From: Candidatus Nanoarchaeia archaeon
GTDB lineage: Archaea; Nanobdellota; Nanobdellia; WJKC01
Assembly: GCA_041653515.1 (NCBI GenBank)
Contig: JBAZFG010000004.1
Span: 6,568 to 70,567 of the forward strand
Direction: 5' to 3'
Length of the DNA stretch: 64,000 bases
The translations under genes were made by a program, and so were the position numbers. The notes below the pieces were generated by a model. It was not told where the DNA came from. It worked only from the letters and a program-made list of their open reading frames with translations, and made no database searches. Below, in pieces: positions 1 to 9,341 of the stretch (the stretch's first letter is position 1; the number at the start of each line of letters is the position of its first letter).

Positions 1-240
1 CGCAAGCGAGCGCAGAGGAACTAAGTAAATAGTTTTGCCACCGCGAGACTTATTAATCATCGCAGCCACTTGAGCTACCAGTGTCTTGCCACTACTCGTC
101 GGCGAAGCTAATAATAGATTAGTGCCGTCAAGAAAACCAGTATTAAACGCTTCAGCTTGTGGTGGGTAGAACTCGTGAGGCAAGCGCTTAACAAGCGGTT
201 CAAGACAAGGGTATTGTTTAACTAAATCATTAATGTCCAT
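1..240 (-). CDS. hel308: Ski2-like/Hel308 (Hjm) SF2 helicase, 5' part (runs off window)
   Basis: Manual translation MDINDL...FYPPQAEA...LLLASPTSSGKTLVA...IYLVPLRSLA shows the Q motif, Walker A and motif Ia; not in ORF track. Confidence 0.85.
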   Translation of the reverse strand, partial: MDINDLVKQYPCLEPLVKRLPHEFYPPQAEAFNTGFLDGTNLLLASPTSSGKTLVAQVAAMINKSRGGKTIYLVPLRSLA

Positions 241-294
241 CTAAATAAAAAATGATAGTTAGCCACTTATTAAGTTAATGCAAGGAAACAACCG

Positions 295-397
295 CTAAGG
301 GATAAGTTTTTGTTAAACAAAAGGGCACAGCCCCTCTTGACACCTCATGATTTTAAAGAAATAAGTGACTAAAACTAAGAGATAAGTTTTTATTAAA
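295..397 (+). repeat. Imperfect 23-bp direct repeat of a promoter-like segment (295-317 / 375-397)
   Basis: ctaagggataagtttttgttaaa vs ctaagagataagtttttattaaa; the second copy contains TTTATTAAA about 25 nt before ATG 418. Confidence 0.6.
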
Positions 398-417
398 ATA
401 ATAACTAAGAATCCTTT

Positions 418-1824
418 ATGAATAAACGAGGGGAGAATGGGAAAAGCGCTGGCGTAATGCTGGCAATATTCTTGATATTAATGGCAGCGTACATTATTTA
501 CATAATGTTACTCCACCCTTGGGAGCGAAGAGCGTTATTAACAGTAGAATCAATGATTACAGTCAACGTTGTTGACTGCGATTCAGGTTACCCAATTAAT
601 GGCGCCAGAGTTAATCTTTATAACAATGAAGGAATAATTGTTGAGGAAGCAACAACAACTAATGGCTCAATTGTATTCAATGAATTCCCTGATTGTTTCA
701 TAATTAAAGCATCTTATGATGCTGAGCAAATAAGAGAAGTATGCACTGGTAATGGGGAACACAAAATAATTAACTTCTGTTACGACCACCCTGAAGCTAA
801 CCCTAACATTATTTATTATCAGGACACTATTGGTTTTATTGGCGGCACCACTGGAGAAGAAGTGAGTAATAAGAGTTTTAGCAACGTGTTATTATCATAC
901 CCATTAAATAATGTTACAATAACTTACCCTTCATCATTCATTTACTCAAACATCTTATGGAGTGAAGGAATGAAGATTAATTTAACAAACATTAATGAGT
1001 CATATACTAAAGCAATTAACTTTGAATTTAACATGGGCTCAAAAAGAGGCGACCCAACCACAAGGGTTTATGTTAATGGTCAATTATTATTTGATAATAA
1101 AGTATCAACTAATGAATTAGTCAGTGTTAGCATACCAAAACAATCGCTTAATGAGACAATGAACTTTGAAGTTAAATGTGATTTCAACGGCGTTTTCTTC
1201 TGGAGCACTCAGGATTGTAACTTAACTAATATAAGAGTTACTCAAGAGTTTTACTCCCCAGAGAAAACTAGTCAGGAATTCCCGTTCACTATCTCAACAA
1301 TTGAGTCGCAAGCAAATAGTCTTGGGTTATCATTCACTAGTGTTAATAATGTTATTGGCGGGGTAACAGCCAGCATTAATAATGTTCAAGTTTTTGACAG
1401 CAACTCATTATTAGCTAAGAATTACACTGCGTCAATAACTGTTGAAGGCATTAATTTTAACAATGACACTAACACGCTTCGCTTCAACGCTAACCCTGGT
1501 GCAGAAGCGCTATTAAGAAACATTAAGTTATCGTTCACTGCGCCAGTCACGCCTAAAGAAAAAGAGGTTATTGAGTTTGCTATTAATAATAATACTATGG
1601 ACTCACTTGATAGTGCAACTATTAATTTCTTCCTAAGTAACATTTACTTGAATGGTGAGTTATTATTCAAAGTAAATGATATTACTTACGTGACAACTGT
1701 TTACAAAGCAGGCTGGAACTCATTCACCATTGACAAAGAAGACTTAGCTAATGATAATGTATTAGAGATAAGTGCTATCACAGGTCGATTTGAGATGGAT
1801 GAATTAAGAATAACCTACGAGTAA
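418..1824 (+). CDS. Membrane-anchored/secreted beta-rich surface protein
   Basis: N-terminal KRG..GKS followed by a hydrophobic helix and PWERRALL; carboxypeptidase-regulatory/Ig-like segment; N/T/S-rich. Confidence 0.6.
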   Translation: MNKRGENGKSAGVMLAIFLILMAAYIIYIMLLHPWERRALLTVESMITVNVVDCDSGYPINGARVNLYNNEGIIVEEATTTNGSIVFNEFPDCFIIKASYDAEQIREVCTGNGEHKIINFCYDHPEANPNIIYYQDTIGFIGGTTGEEVSNKSFSNVLLSYPLNNVTITYPSSFIYSNILWSEGMKINLTNINESYTKAINFEFNMGSKRGDPTTRVYVNGQLLFDNKVSTNELVSVSIPKQSLNETMNFEVKCDFNGVFFWSTQDCNLTNIRVTQEFYSPEKTSQEFPFTISTIESQANSLGLSFTSVNNVIGGVTASINNVQVFDSNSLLAKNYTASITVEGINFNNDTNTLRFNANPGAEALLRNIKLSFTAPVTPKEKEVIEFAINNNTMDSLDSATINFFLSNIYLNGELLFKVNDITYVTTVYKAGWNSFTIDKEDLANDNVLEISAITGRFEMDELRITYE

Positions 1825-1883
1825 AAACGCGTTTTTCTATATGAGTAAAGTATTATAAATCCTGAAACACTTAGGAAAAAGTA

Positions 1884-3899
1884 ATGGCGGAAATTGATGA
1901 CAGGATTGCTGCTCTTGCTAAAATGTTTAATAACACTACTGATGAAAATGAAAAAGCAGGCATTCAAAAGCAAATTGAGACTCTAAAATTATTGAGGAAT
2001 AAACAATCACAGGAGAGCACTGAAAAAGAGAAAACCTCTAAAGAAAAATACGAAGAAGAATCACAGGAGAGCACTGAAAAAGAGAAAACCTCTAAAGAAA
2101 AATACGAAGAAGAATATTATAAAAAGAAACTTGAAACTGAAAGTGCTGCTCAAAAAGCACAAAGTTCCTCTAAGACATTATTCAAACAGGGCTTGTCTTC
2201 TGGTTGGTTATTATTATTTATCGTTATGGCTGTTATTGGCTTCTTTTTAGTAATATTTAGCACATGGCTGGTTGGATTGCCATTAATCATTGCTGCAGGC
2301 GTGATAGCTTACAATAGAGGTAACTTAATGATACCAAGATTAACAGCAATACTAATCGCAATGTCATTCAAGTGGATGCCAATCATACCCCAATATGATT
2401 TAATCAGCGTTTTTGGCGTGACAATCGGTTTCATGGCAATAGTATTATTAATGCCTGAAGCCAAAGAGGGTAATAGTAAAAGCGGAGGGGTCTTTAAAGC
2501 AGGACCTGCTTTGTGGTGGGGTATTCTTGGTGTTATCATAACAGTTGGTTGGTCTATATTCATTTTTGCTGGAGTAACAAGCGGCACTACTATTGCGGCT
2601 GTCGCTGCTATTACTGGCGCAATGGTTGCGGGCAGTATTATCTGGAAGCAACCAATTAGTTCTGGTTGGAAAGGAATCTTAACACTAGCTTGTTTCTCGC
2701 CATTAATATTCCTCGGAGTTCAATACTTATTCATTGCAGGCGGCACAGCTCTTGGCGGCATCTTTGATGAAGTACAGCACTTACTAGGCCAAGGCATTGG
2801 TAGCACAGGCACATCACTTGACTGGTTATTAAACCCAACGCTGGCAGTGCAAGCTCAACTAAAACCACCAAGCACTGCAGCAACAACTACTAGTGGCACA
2901 GTCTCAAGCGTTAAATTAACTGTTACAGGGGATACCCTGCCAAGCACTGGTTGTTATGATTCCAGCCCATTCCAAATAATTGGTCGCATCAAGAATACAG
3001 GCACAGAGCATATCAGCTCGCTTGATGTTATAATGGAGCCTGACTGGTCTGGCGCGTCATTAACAAGTCAGTGCCGACAGATTAATTTGCCAACTGATTG
3101 CTCAACAACTATCACTTCAATCCCAACCGGTGTCACCTCAACCGTTGATTGCACAATTGAAAGCGTGCCGTCAAGTGATATTATAGGCGCGACAGCTACT
3201 CACACTTGTTATGTTGATATCACTGCAACAACAGGTTATCATAGCACTGCCCGACTGCCAATCCAATTCATTGAGTATGAGTATGGTCGCAGTAAGTTTG
3301 AGCAACACCAATTAACTCAACGAATCACGCCAAGCACGACTGGACCCGGCCCAGTTGAATTAAGCCTTGGTGGTTTTGAGCAACCAGTGCTTAATTATGT
3401 TAGCACAGGAAACGCGTCACCGCAGAAACTAACAATGATAACTACTATTAGTAATGACGGTACAGGTGATGTTAATAATTATGTTAGCGCTTACTTGTAC
3501 ATTCCTAATGTATTATTAGATGAAGGTCAATGCTCAGGCGCAGGCAATGGTTGGACTTGTATTAGTGAATTAAATTGTGATTCATTAAGCGATGAAGCTA
3601 AGACTAATTGCTTGAATTTCCTTACTTACAAGAATAATGGGTTAATCGCGGGTTATACTCAATTTGATTATGATTACGCTGACGAGTTATTAAATAATGA
3701 TTTCTCAATCTGCTTTTACAACAATGAGATTAATATTGATAATATTGAGACTAGCAAGTGCGTGTTAAAAGTTGGTGATGTAATGGATGGTGATAGTACT
3801 GCACTTAGGAAAACAATGCTAATAAGAGGCGATGTTCTTTACTCTTACAAAGTGACTGGTGAAGCCAGCTTCCAAGTCAAGGATTGTGATGTATCATGA
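1884..3899 (+). CDS. Multi-pass membrane protein with cytoplasmic coiled coil and extracellular Ig/CARDB-like Cys-containing domain
   Basis: Charged N-terminus, several TM helices, then GRIKNTG...Y.S...GPGPVELS beta domain similar to the downstream paralogs. Confidence 0.6.
   Translation: MAEIDDRIAALAKMFNNTTDENEKAGIQKQIETLKLLRNKQSQESTEKEKTSKEKYEEESQESTEKEKTSKEKYEEEYYKKKLETESAAQKAQSSSKTLFKQGLSSGWLLLFIVMAVIGFFLVIFSTWLVGLPLIIAAGVIAYNRGNLMIPRLTAILIAMSFKWMPIIPQYDLISVFGVTIGFMAIVLLMPEAKEGNSKSGGVFKAGPALWWGILGVIITVGWSIFIFAGVTSGTTIAAVAAITGAMVAGSIIWKQPISSGWKGILTLACFSPLIFLGVQYLFIAGGTALGGIFDEVQHLLGQGIGSTGTSLDWLLNPTLAVQAQLKPPSTAATTTSGTVSSVKLTVTGDTLPSTGCYDSSPFQIIGRIKNTGTEHISSLDVIMEPDWSGASLTSQCRQINLPTDCSTTITSIPTGVTSTVDCTIESVPSSDIIGATATHTCYVDITATTGYHSTARLPIQFIEYEYGRSKFEQHQLTQRITPSTTGPGPVELSLGGFEQPVLNYVSTGNASPQKLTMITTISNDGTGDVNNYVSAYLYIPNVLLDEGQCSGAGNGWTCISELNCDSLSDEAKTNCLNFLTYKNNGLIAGYTQFDYDYADELLNNDFSICFYNNEINIDNIETSKCVLKVGDVMDGDSTALRKTMLIRGDVLYSYKVTGEASFQVKDCDVS
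2005..2115 (+). repeat. Perfect in-frame 54-bp tandem duplication (SQESTEKEKTSKEKYEEE x2)
   Basis: Units start at 2005 and 2059 and are identical. Confidence 0.9.
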
Positions 3900-4939
3900 A
3901 AAAATCATTAATAGCAATAATGGGCTTACTATTAATCTGTGGTTGCTTAGGTAATAATACTACGAGTACTGAAACTAAAATACAATCAACGCAAGGTATT
4001 GGCGTGCTAGAGTTCAAAGCAGTGGTTGATGACATGATAGCAAGCACTTACAATTACTTATTATTATCCATTAGGAATAACGCTGAAGGCAGTAGTGCTA
4101 AAAATATTATGGTCAGCCTTGAGAATGTTGAGCCATTCATGATTTATGAATGCAACCAAGAGCACGCGCCTAATGAGAAAAGAACTTCAGTCTGCAATCA
4201 ATTCTTTGATGATGTTGGCGAAGCTTACCGAACGCATAAAATTAATAATATGTTACCTGATGAAGAGATTCAATTCTTCTGGAATATTAGGGCGCCAACT
4301 GAGCAAGAAATAGTTAACTTAGCTTATGACCAGACAATTTATTACTCAATGAGTTATGATTATACCACGACAGTTACTCAAACAATTGCAGGTATCAGCC
4401 AAGCAGAGTACTTAGAGCGCAGTAAGGAAGGAGCAGTAACACTATCAGGCCAAACAATTAGTAGTCCAGGTGAAGTGAAAATAGAGAGCAAGACTCAGCA
4501 ACCAATAATATACACAGAAGGCAGTAGTATCCCACTGGATTTCACGCTTCAATTTGAATTAGATAATGTTGGAACAGGCGTGCCAAAACCAGGGAGCACA
4601 ATAATAGTGGCAGTTAAGAGTGATGAGTCAACCAGTGTTAATGAAGAATTAGCGCGCAGGGCTGGTTGGTTGCAGTATAGTGAAATACAATCAGCTTTTG
4701 ACGCTAAGTTCCCGTTAATTGAATTCGAGGAATTAACATCAACAATTAGAGAAGGCTTATGGATTACTAGTATTGATAGTAGTTTGATTAGGAGCAGTAG
4801 TTATTCGTTAATATTACCTGTGCAATTTAATACAGGAAATGTTTATGAACCACAAAAGATTTTAACCTTTAGTGCTTATATTTCATACACGTATTTAAAA
4901 GAAGGAAGCACCAGCATAAGTGTTTACCCAGTAGAGTGA
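3896..4939 (+). CDS. Putative lipoprotein/surface protein, Ig-like fold
   Basis: MKK-hydrophobic-ICGC lipobox-like; IRNN, W.I.AP, YDY.T, SPGEVKI, LDNVG.G motifs. Confidence 0.65.
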   Translation: MKKSLIAIMGLLLICGCLGNNTTSTETKIQSTQGIGVLEFKAVVDDMIASTYNYLLLSIRNNAEGSSAKNIMVSLENVEPFMIYECNQEHAPNEKRTSVCNQFFDDVGEAYRTHKINNMLPDEEIQFFWNIRAPTEQEIVNLAYDQTIYYSMSYDYTTTVTQTIAGISQAEYLERSKEGAVTLSGQTISSPGEVKIESKTQQPIIYTEGSSIPLDFTLQFELDNVGTGVPKPGSTIIVAVKSDESTSVNEELARRAGWLQYSEIQSAFDAKFPLIEFEELTSTIREGLWITSIDSSLIRSSSYSLILPVQFNTGNVYEPQKILTFSAYISYTYLKEGSTSISVYPVE

Positions 4940-4944
4940 TTTGA

Positions 4945-5937
4945 GTGATAGACAACAAAACAATAAAAATAGCAACAATTGGGATGATAATACTACTTGC
5001 AGGTTGCACTGGAGAAGAAATAAACTCTGGAACAGGAATAACATTGAAAAACGAATTAAGCACTGAGTTAATGCAGCCAGGCGGCAGCGTTCTATTAAGA
5101 ACTAGCATTAATAATTTTTTTGACAGAGAATTAATTAATGCTCAAGCAAAATTAACAAGGAGTTTTGGTGAACTTGAAGCTAATCCATCAGACACAGCTT
5201 TTGTTGGAACAGTTCAGGCTAACCCTAACGCTACTGCCAGAACCCAATGGACTTTAGATGTTAGCGAGACTGCTAGCAGTGGCACTGAGTTCACTAATAA
5301 GATAAGACTTTGTTTTAATTACAATCAAACTTCTTGGCATGAGATAGTTTTGGTTAATAGTTTTGAAACAGAATCAGAAGTGAATAGTGGCGAGGATTCA
5401 GGCCCGTTAAAGATTAGTTTTGCAGGCATTGACACACCGTTCCCGTATAACGAGCAGATTAAGAGCCAAATACCAATTACAGTCAGTATTAAGAATGATT
5501 ATACTGGTTTTGTTGGTCGCTTAGGTTTATCAAGAGATGAGATACCTAACATTACTTACATTGAAATGAGGTTCTATGATAAGGATGGCGGCCCAGGATT
5601 AGGATATGTTTCTAATGGCTCGCCTTTTGGTGCTAACTTAAAGGAAGGAACTAATTTTGAAATAATCAAACAGTTCACTAATCCTTCATGCGATAAGAAA
5701 ACCAGTGGTTGCATGAATTGTGATAACAGTTTATGGGATGAAACTAATGGTTATTTCAAGTGTTATGCACAGAACATATCAGTGTTTGGTGACGAAACGT
5801 TTATTGGAACTAAATTAAATGTTACTAAGCTTGATGTTGAGGAGTTAATTGAGAAAGTTGAAGTGCTCATTTCATATGATTATTGCATTGAGAGTGAAGA
5901 CTTCATGATAACAGTGTTCACACCTGGTGGTAGGTAA
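4945..5937 (+). CDS. Putative lipoprotein/surface protein, paralog of neighbours
   Basis: LAGC lipobox-like; QWTL, FNY.Q, SGPLKI, IKND, YDY motifs. Confidence 0.65.
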   Translation: MIDNKTIKIATIGMIILLAGCTGEEINSGTGITLKNELSTELMQPGGSVLLRTSINNFFDRELINAQAKLTRSFGELEANPSDTAFVGTVQANPNATARTQWTLDVSETASSGTEFTNKIRLCFNYNQTSWHEIVLVNSFETESEVNSGEDSGPLKISFAGIDTPFPYNEQIKSQIPITVSIKNDYTGFVGRLGLSRDEIPNITYIEMRFYDKDGGPGLGYVSNGSPFGANLKEGTNFEIIKQFTNPSCDKKTSGCMNCDNSLWDETNGYFKCYAQNISVFGDETFIGTKLNVTKLDVEELIEKVEVLISYDYCIESEDFMITVFTPGGR

Positions 5938-6926
5938 TGAAATCCTACTTCTTATTTTTTATTTTATTTTTATCAACACTAATAATGGGTTGCACAGGTT
6001 CTGAAGAACAAGTTTATGAGGGTAATGGTTTAGTAATCACTAATTTTACCAGCACTTTTAACACTTTAAGGGTTAATGAAGCCACTAACCTAAAATTAGT
6101 GATGCTTAATAATGGTGATTTTGAAGCGTGGAATATTACTTCAATTCTTTATGGTGAGGGCTTAATGACACGTGAGAATGAGAATAATTTTACTTATAGT
6201 ATTTTATCTGATAAACAAGAATTACAATTCTGGACATTAAGGGTTCCATTAAAATTAAGTCAAACTGAGTCAACGAGTTATACTATTAGTTCAAGAATGT
6301 ATTATTACTATAATTTTTCTGGTTTCCAACAAATTGGTTTTGTAGCCCCAACTTATGTTGGCGCTGACTTGCCTTTATCAAGCAGCACTAGTAAGTCACC
6401 ATTAAAGGTATCCATACAATCAAGGAATCCTATTAGGACCCTGCCTGATGAGGAGTCATTATTCTCAATAACTATTACTATTATTAATATTGGTGAGGGC
6501 AGTATTAATTATATTGATTGTATTGGCAACCCTAATTGTCGCAAGAAATCATATATTAATGATTTAAGAATTTCAGTGCCTGCTACTTGGACGCCAGTGA
6601 CTGACCTTAGTGCTTGGAGTAATGAAGTTTCGGGTGATGATATTGTTTATTCAATTAATTTTGGTGAATTAGATGATAATTATTATGAAGTGCTTAATTG
6701 TGATGAAACAAGTTATGATGAAACACCTGCTTGTTATCCTTTAAGTGAAGCACTTAATAGTTTGCGTATGGTTAGGGATGAGGAAGCGCGAATAGTATTG
6801 CAATTCCAAATTGATGAGGTTACTGAAACACTCATTGATTCAGTTAAGGTTAATGGAAACTTTGGTTATAACGTGGATGTTAGTGATTTCAAGAACCCAA
6901 TAACATTACTAGTGCTGGGTGATTAA
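5937..6926 (+). CDS. Putative lipoprotein/surface protein, paralog of neighbours
   Basis: IMGC lipobox-like; NNGDFEA.NI, FWTL, YYYNF, SPLKV, INIGEG motifs. Confidence 0.65.
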   Translation: MKSYFLFFILFLSTLIMGCTGSEEQVYEGNGLVITNFTSTFNTLRVNEATNLKLVMLNNGDFEAWNITSILYGEGLMTRENENNFTYSILSDKQELQFWTLRVPLKLSQTESTSYTISSRMYYYYNFSGFQQIGFVAPTYVGADLPLSSSTSKSPLKVSIQSRNPIRTLPDEESLFSITITIINIGEGSINYIDCIGNPNCRKKSYINDLRISVPATWTPVTDLSAWSNEVSGDDIVYSINFGELDDNYYEVLNCDETSYDETPACYPLSEALNSLRMVRDEEARIVLQFQIDEVTETLIDSVKVNGNFGYNVDVSDFKNPITLLVLGD

Positions 6927-7024
6927 ACTCTTTTTATATGAAAAGAAACTTTGGTTTCCCAATAAACGCTCTTTTCAAAAAAAAGGAAGAGGTGTAGAGA
7001 GGGGAAAACTTTGGTTTCCCCTTC
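6927..7024. repeat. Hairpin/direct-repeat cluster between convergent genes
   Basis: aaactttggtttccc occurs twice (6946-6960, 7006-7020); hairpins ctcttttc-A-run-ggaagag and ggggaaa-actttgg-tttcccc. Confidence 0.6.
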
Positions 7025-7785
7025 TAACCAATGTAACATTGTCTAATAGTATTATTATCTGCTAAGCCTGCCAGTCTTGATTCTTCTTTTAATTCTTCTT
7101 CATAACTCTTGATTTCATCATCTAATTCATCAAAGTCAAGCTTGAAGCCGAGGTATTTGGTGATTACGGTTAATATCTTCTTGGCTTCTTTAACCCCAAC
7201 GTGTTGTGATTGATTAATGGTTTCAGCTAGTAATGAGAAAGCATTAATTTCTTCGAGGCTAGCAATACCTAATAATAAGCCTGCCGCGCCAAGCACTATC
7301 TTAACTGTCTCGTTGCCATCAAAAATAACGTCCAAGCCATTAAGTGATTCCTTAATTGATTCATTATTAATTATCACATGAACCCTTGGCTCGTCTGGTG
7401 GTTCAGGTAATCCAATACCACCAAGCGTGACTAATTCACTAACCCCTAATTCCTTGGCCAACTCAATGATTTTCTTACAAAGAGCATAACTCTCGCTGTC
7501 ACCTGTTGGTTGAATATCTCCTGAGACTAATAATAAATCTCTACCATTGATTTTTGTGTGATAAAACTCAATGCTAAACATCTTAATAGTTGAGTCATCA
7601 TTAATCGTCACTGAATTAGGGAATACATCTGAGAATAACTCAATTATTTTTCGCGCCTTAAGTTTATTAACTAAGTAATCAATGCTGGCGCGCGCAACGT
7701 TACCAATGCCTGGCAAGCCTTCAATCATTATGGGGTTAATCATCTTAACGGTCTCAAATTTTTTAACTACGAATTCAGTCACCAC
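7024..7785 (-). CDS. Proteasome assembly chaperone (PAC2 family)
   Basis: IEGLPGIGNVA, GDIQP, TLGGIG, GAAGLLLG; conserved position after aIF2-alpha. Confidence 0.9.
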   Translation of the reverse strand: MVTEFVVKKFETVKMINPIMIEGLPGIGNVARASIDYLVNKLKARKIIELFSDVFPNSVTINDDSTIKMFSIEFYHTKINGRDLLLVSGDIQPTGDSESYALCKKIIELAKELGVSELVTLGGIGLPEPPDEPRVHVIINNESIKESLNGLDVIFDGNETVKIVLGAAGLLLGIASLEEINAFSLLAETINQSQHVGVKEAKKILTVITKYLGFKLDFDELDDEIKSYEEELKEESRLAGLADNNTIRQCYIG

Positions 7786-8539
7786 TGCTCACCAGAACTC
7801 TTAATGATTTGCCTTTAGCTACTAATTCAATCATTAGTTTATTAAAGAATTCTTCAGCAGTCTTATAATTCGTTGACTCAATGGTTAACAAGAATTTATT
7901 TGAACCAAGATAAGATAATTTAGTGGTTATTATTTTAGTTGATTTAATACTGTTTAATAATTCTTTTATTCGATTAACACCATCACCTTCAACTGAACTA
8001 ATGCTTAAAGTTTTCTTAATGCTGACATTTAATTGTTGCAGCATTGAATTAAAACTATCATTGATTGGCTTAACAATATTATCAGGTAATTTGACCATAT
8101 CAAGGAATTTCAAGCCTTTATCTCTTAAAGCTTCAAAAGCATTATAGAGATTGCCGTACTCCTTAACAAAAGAAGTTATTATGTTATCAGTTATTGATAT
8201 ATCACCTGCTTCTTTACAAGCGTGTTCAACTAAGTGATAAAAGCGTTTCTCAATTCGTGATTCATTAAGTTTTTGTTTGCGACCACCACTATTAACGCGT
8301 TTAAGGCTCACGTCAACCTCGCCTGGTTTAGCGCGCAGTATTTTACAAACAATTTTTTTATTAACACTCAGGTGATCCTTAATATTCTTAACACCTCTTA
8401 AAGCTACTTCACCAATATGGAGCATGCCTTCAACTCGTTCGTACTCATCAAGGTCAACAAAAGCTGAGTGAGGGCTTAATCGCTTAACAGTGCATAAGAC
8501 TAATTCACCAACTTCAGGTAAACCTTTTTTCTTAAACAT
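7775..8539 (-). CDS. eif2a: Translation initiation factor aIF-2 alpha
   Basis: LPEVGELVLCTV S1 domain, EGMLHIGEV, VDVSLKRV. Confidence 0.95.
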   Translation of the reverse strand: MFKKKGLPEVGELVLCTVKRLSPHSAFVDLDEYERVEGMLHIGEVALRGVKNIKDHLSVNKKIVCKILRAKPGEVDVSLKRVNSGGRKQKLNESRIEKRFYHLVEHACKEAGDISITDNIITSFVKEYGNLYNAFEALRDKGLKFLDMVKLPDNIVKPINDSFNSMLQQLNVSIKKTLSISSVEGDGVNRIKELLNSIKSTKIITTKLSYLGSNKFLLTIESTNYKTAEEFFNKLMIELVAKGKSLRVLVSSGD

Positions 8540-8543
8540 TAGT

Positions 8544-8720
8544 TCATAACACCTCCTTTACTTTAGCCAACACAATAGTCTTGCCTCCTGAAGGCTTAGC
8601 TATTAATTTACTGCAAGAATTACAATTAATCTTTGAAGTAGCTTTGCCGAAAATTACTTGCTCTTTATTGCATTCAGGGCAAATGACTTTCAGGAATTTA
8701 CTGGTTGTTTTTTTAGTCAT
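8544..8720 (-). CDS. rps27e: 30S ribosomal protein S27e (58 aa, not in ORF track)
   Basis: Manual translation MTKKTTSKFLKVICPECNKEQVIFGKATSKINCNSCSKLIAKPSGGKTIVLAKVKEVL. Confidence 0.95.
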   Translation of the reverse strand: MTKKTTSKFLKVICPECNKEQVIFGKATSKINCNSCSKLIAKPSGGKTIVLAKVKEVL

Positions 8721-9292
8721 CATTCACTTAACACCTCCTTAATGGCTTCCTTTTCTAATAATAATTTAACAACGCTTAAGGGTAGGTTAGCAACGTCTTC
8801 TTGTTTGAATGGCCCGAGGGTTGATTGGCCCCACGCGAATTCAGGGAAGTCATTGATAAACCTGACTAATACGTTATTATCATTTAAGACAGGGTTGTCC
8901 TCTTTTTTAAGCTTTCTACCAGTTAGTTGATTAAAATAATCATTTAAAGTGTTTCTTAGTTGATTGTAAAGAATCGCTTCAAATGATAACATTCCTTCAG
9001 TTTCGGGTTTAACACCCATTCTAGTGTCAACCAGTACTTGGTTGAATATTTTTTTGGCGCGGTGCTCGAACACGCCTTTAAAACTCTTGCGCGCGTTAAC
9101 TAACTCATTCTTGGTTCGCTCTTTCACTTTCTGGGCAATGATATTATCATCGCTCTTATCAAGCATTGATTGTTTATCAATAATATACGAGTTAAAGCGG
9201 TCAATGAATGATTCGTCAACATCAGTTAGTTTATTGCTCTCACGCTCGTTGCGTTCAACAACCCTTAATTCATCATAAGTCAATAAGTCCAT
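8720..9292 (-). CDS. GINS complex subunit (Gins15/51 type)
   Basis: LTYDELR..ERNER, R.KKI, C-terminal VRF...PEF.....GPFKQEDVANLP B-domain; between primase and S27e. Confidence 0.85.
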   Translation of the reverse strand: MDLLTYDELRVVERNERESNKLTDVDESFIDRFNSYIIDKQSMLDKSDDNIIAQKVKERTKNELVNARKSFKGVFEHRAKKIFNQVLVDTRMGVKPETEGMLSFEAILYNQLRNTLNDYFNQLTGRKLKKEDNPVLNDNNVLVRFINDFPEFAWGQSTLGPFKQEDVANLPLSVVKLLLEKEAIKEVLSE

Positions 9293-9341
9293 GAATAATA
9301 AAGTCCAATTATAGGGTTTTAAGTCTTTCTCTTTAACAAAA

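Noticed and set aside
1..20. cgcaagcgagcgcagagg as another hairpin element
   Set aside because: It encodes helicase motif Ia (PLRSLA) on the minus strand.
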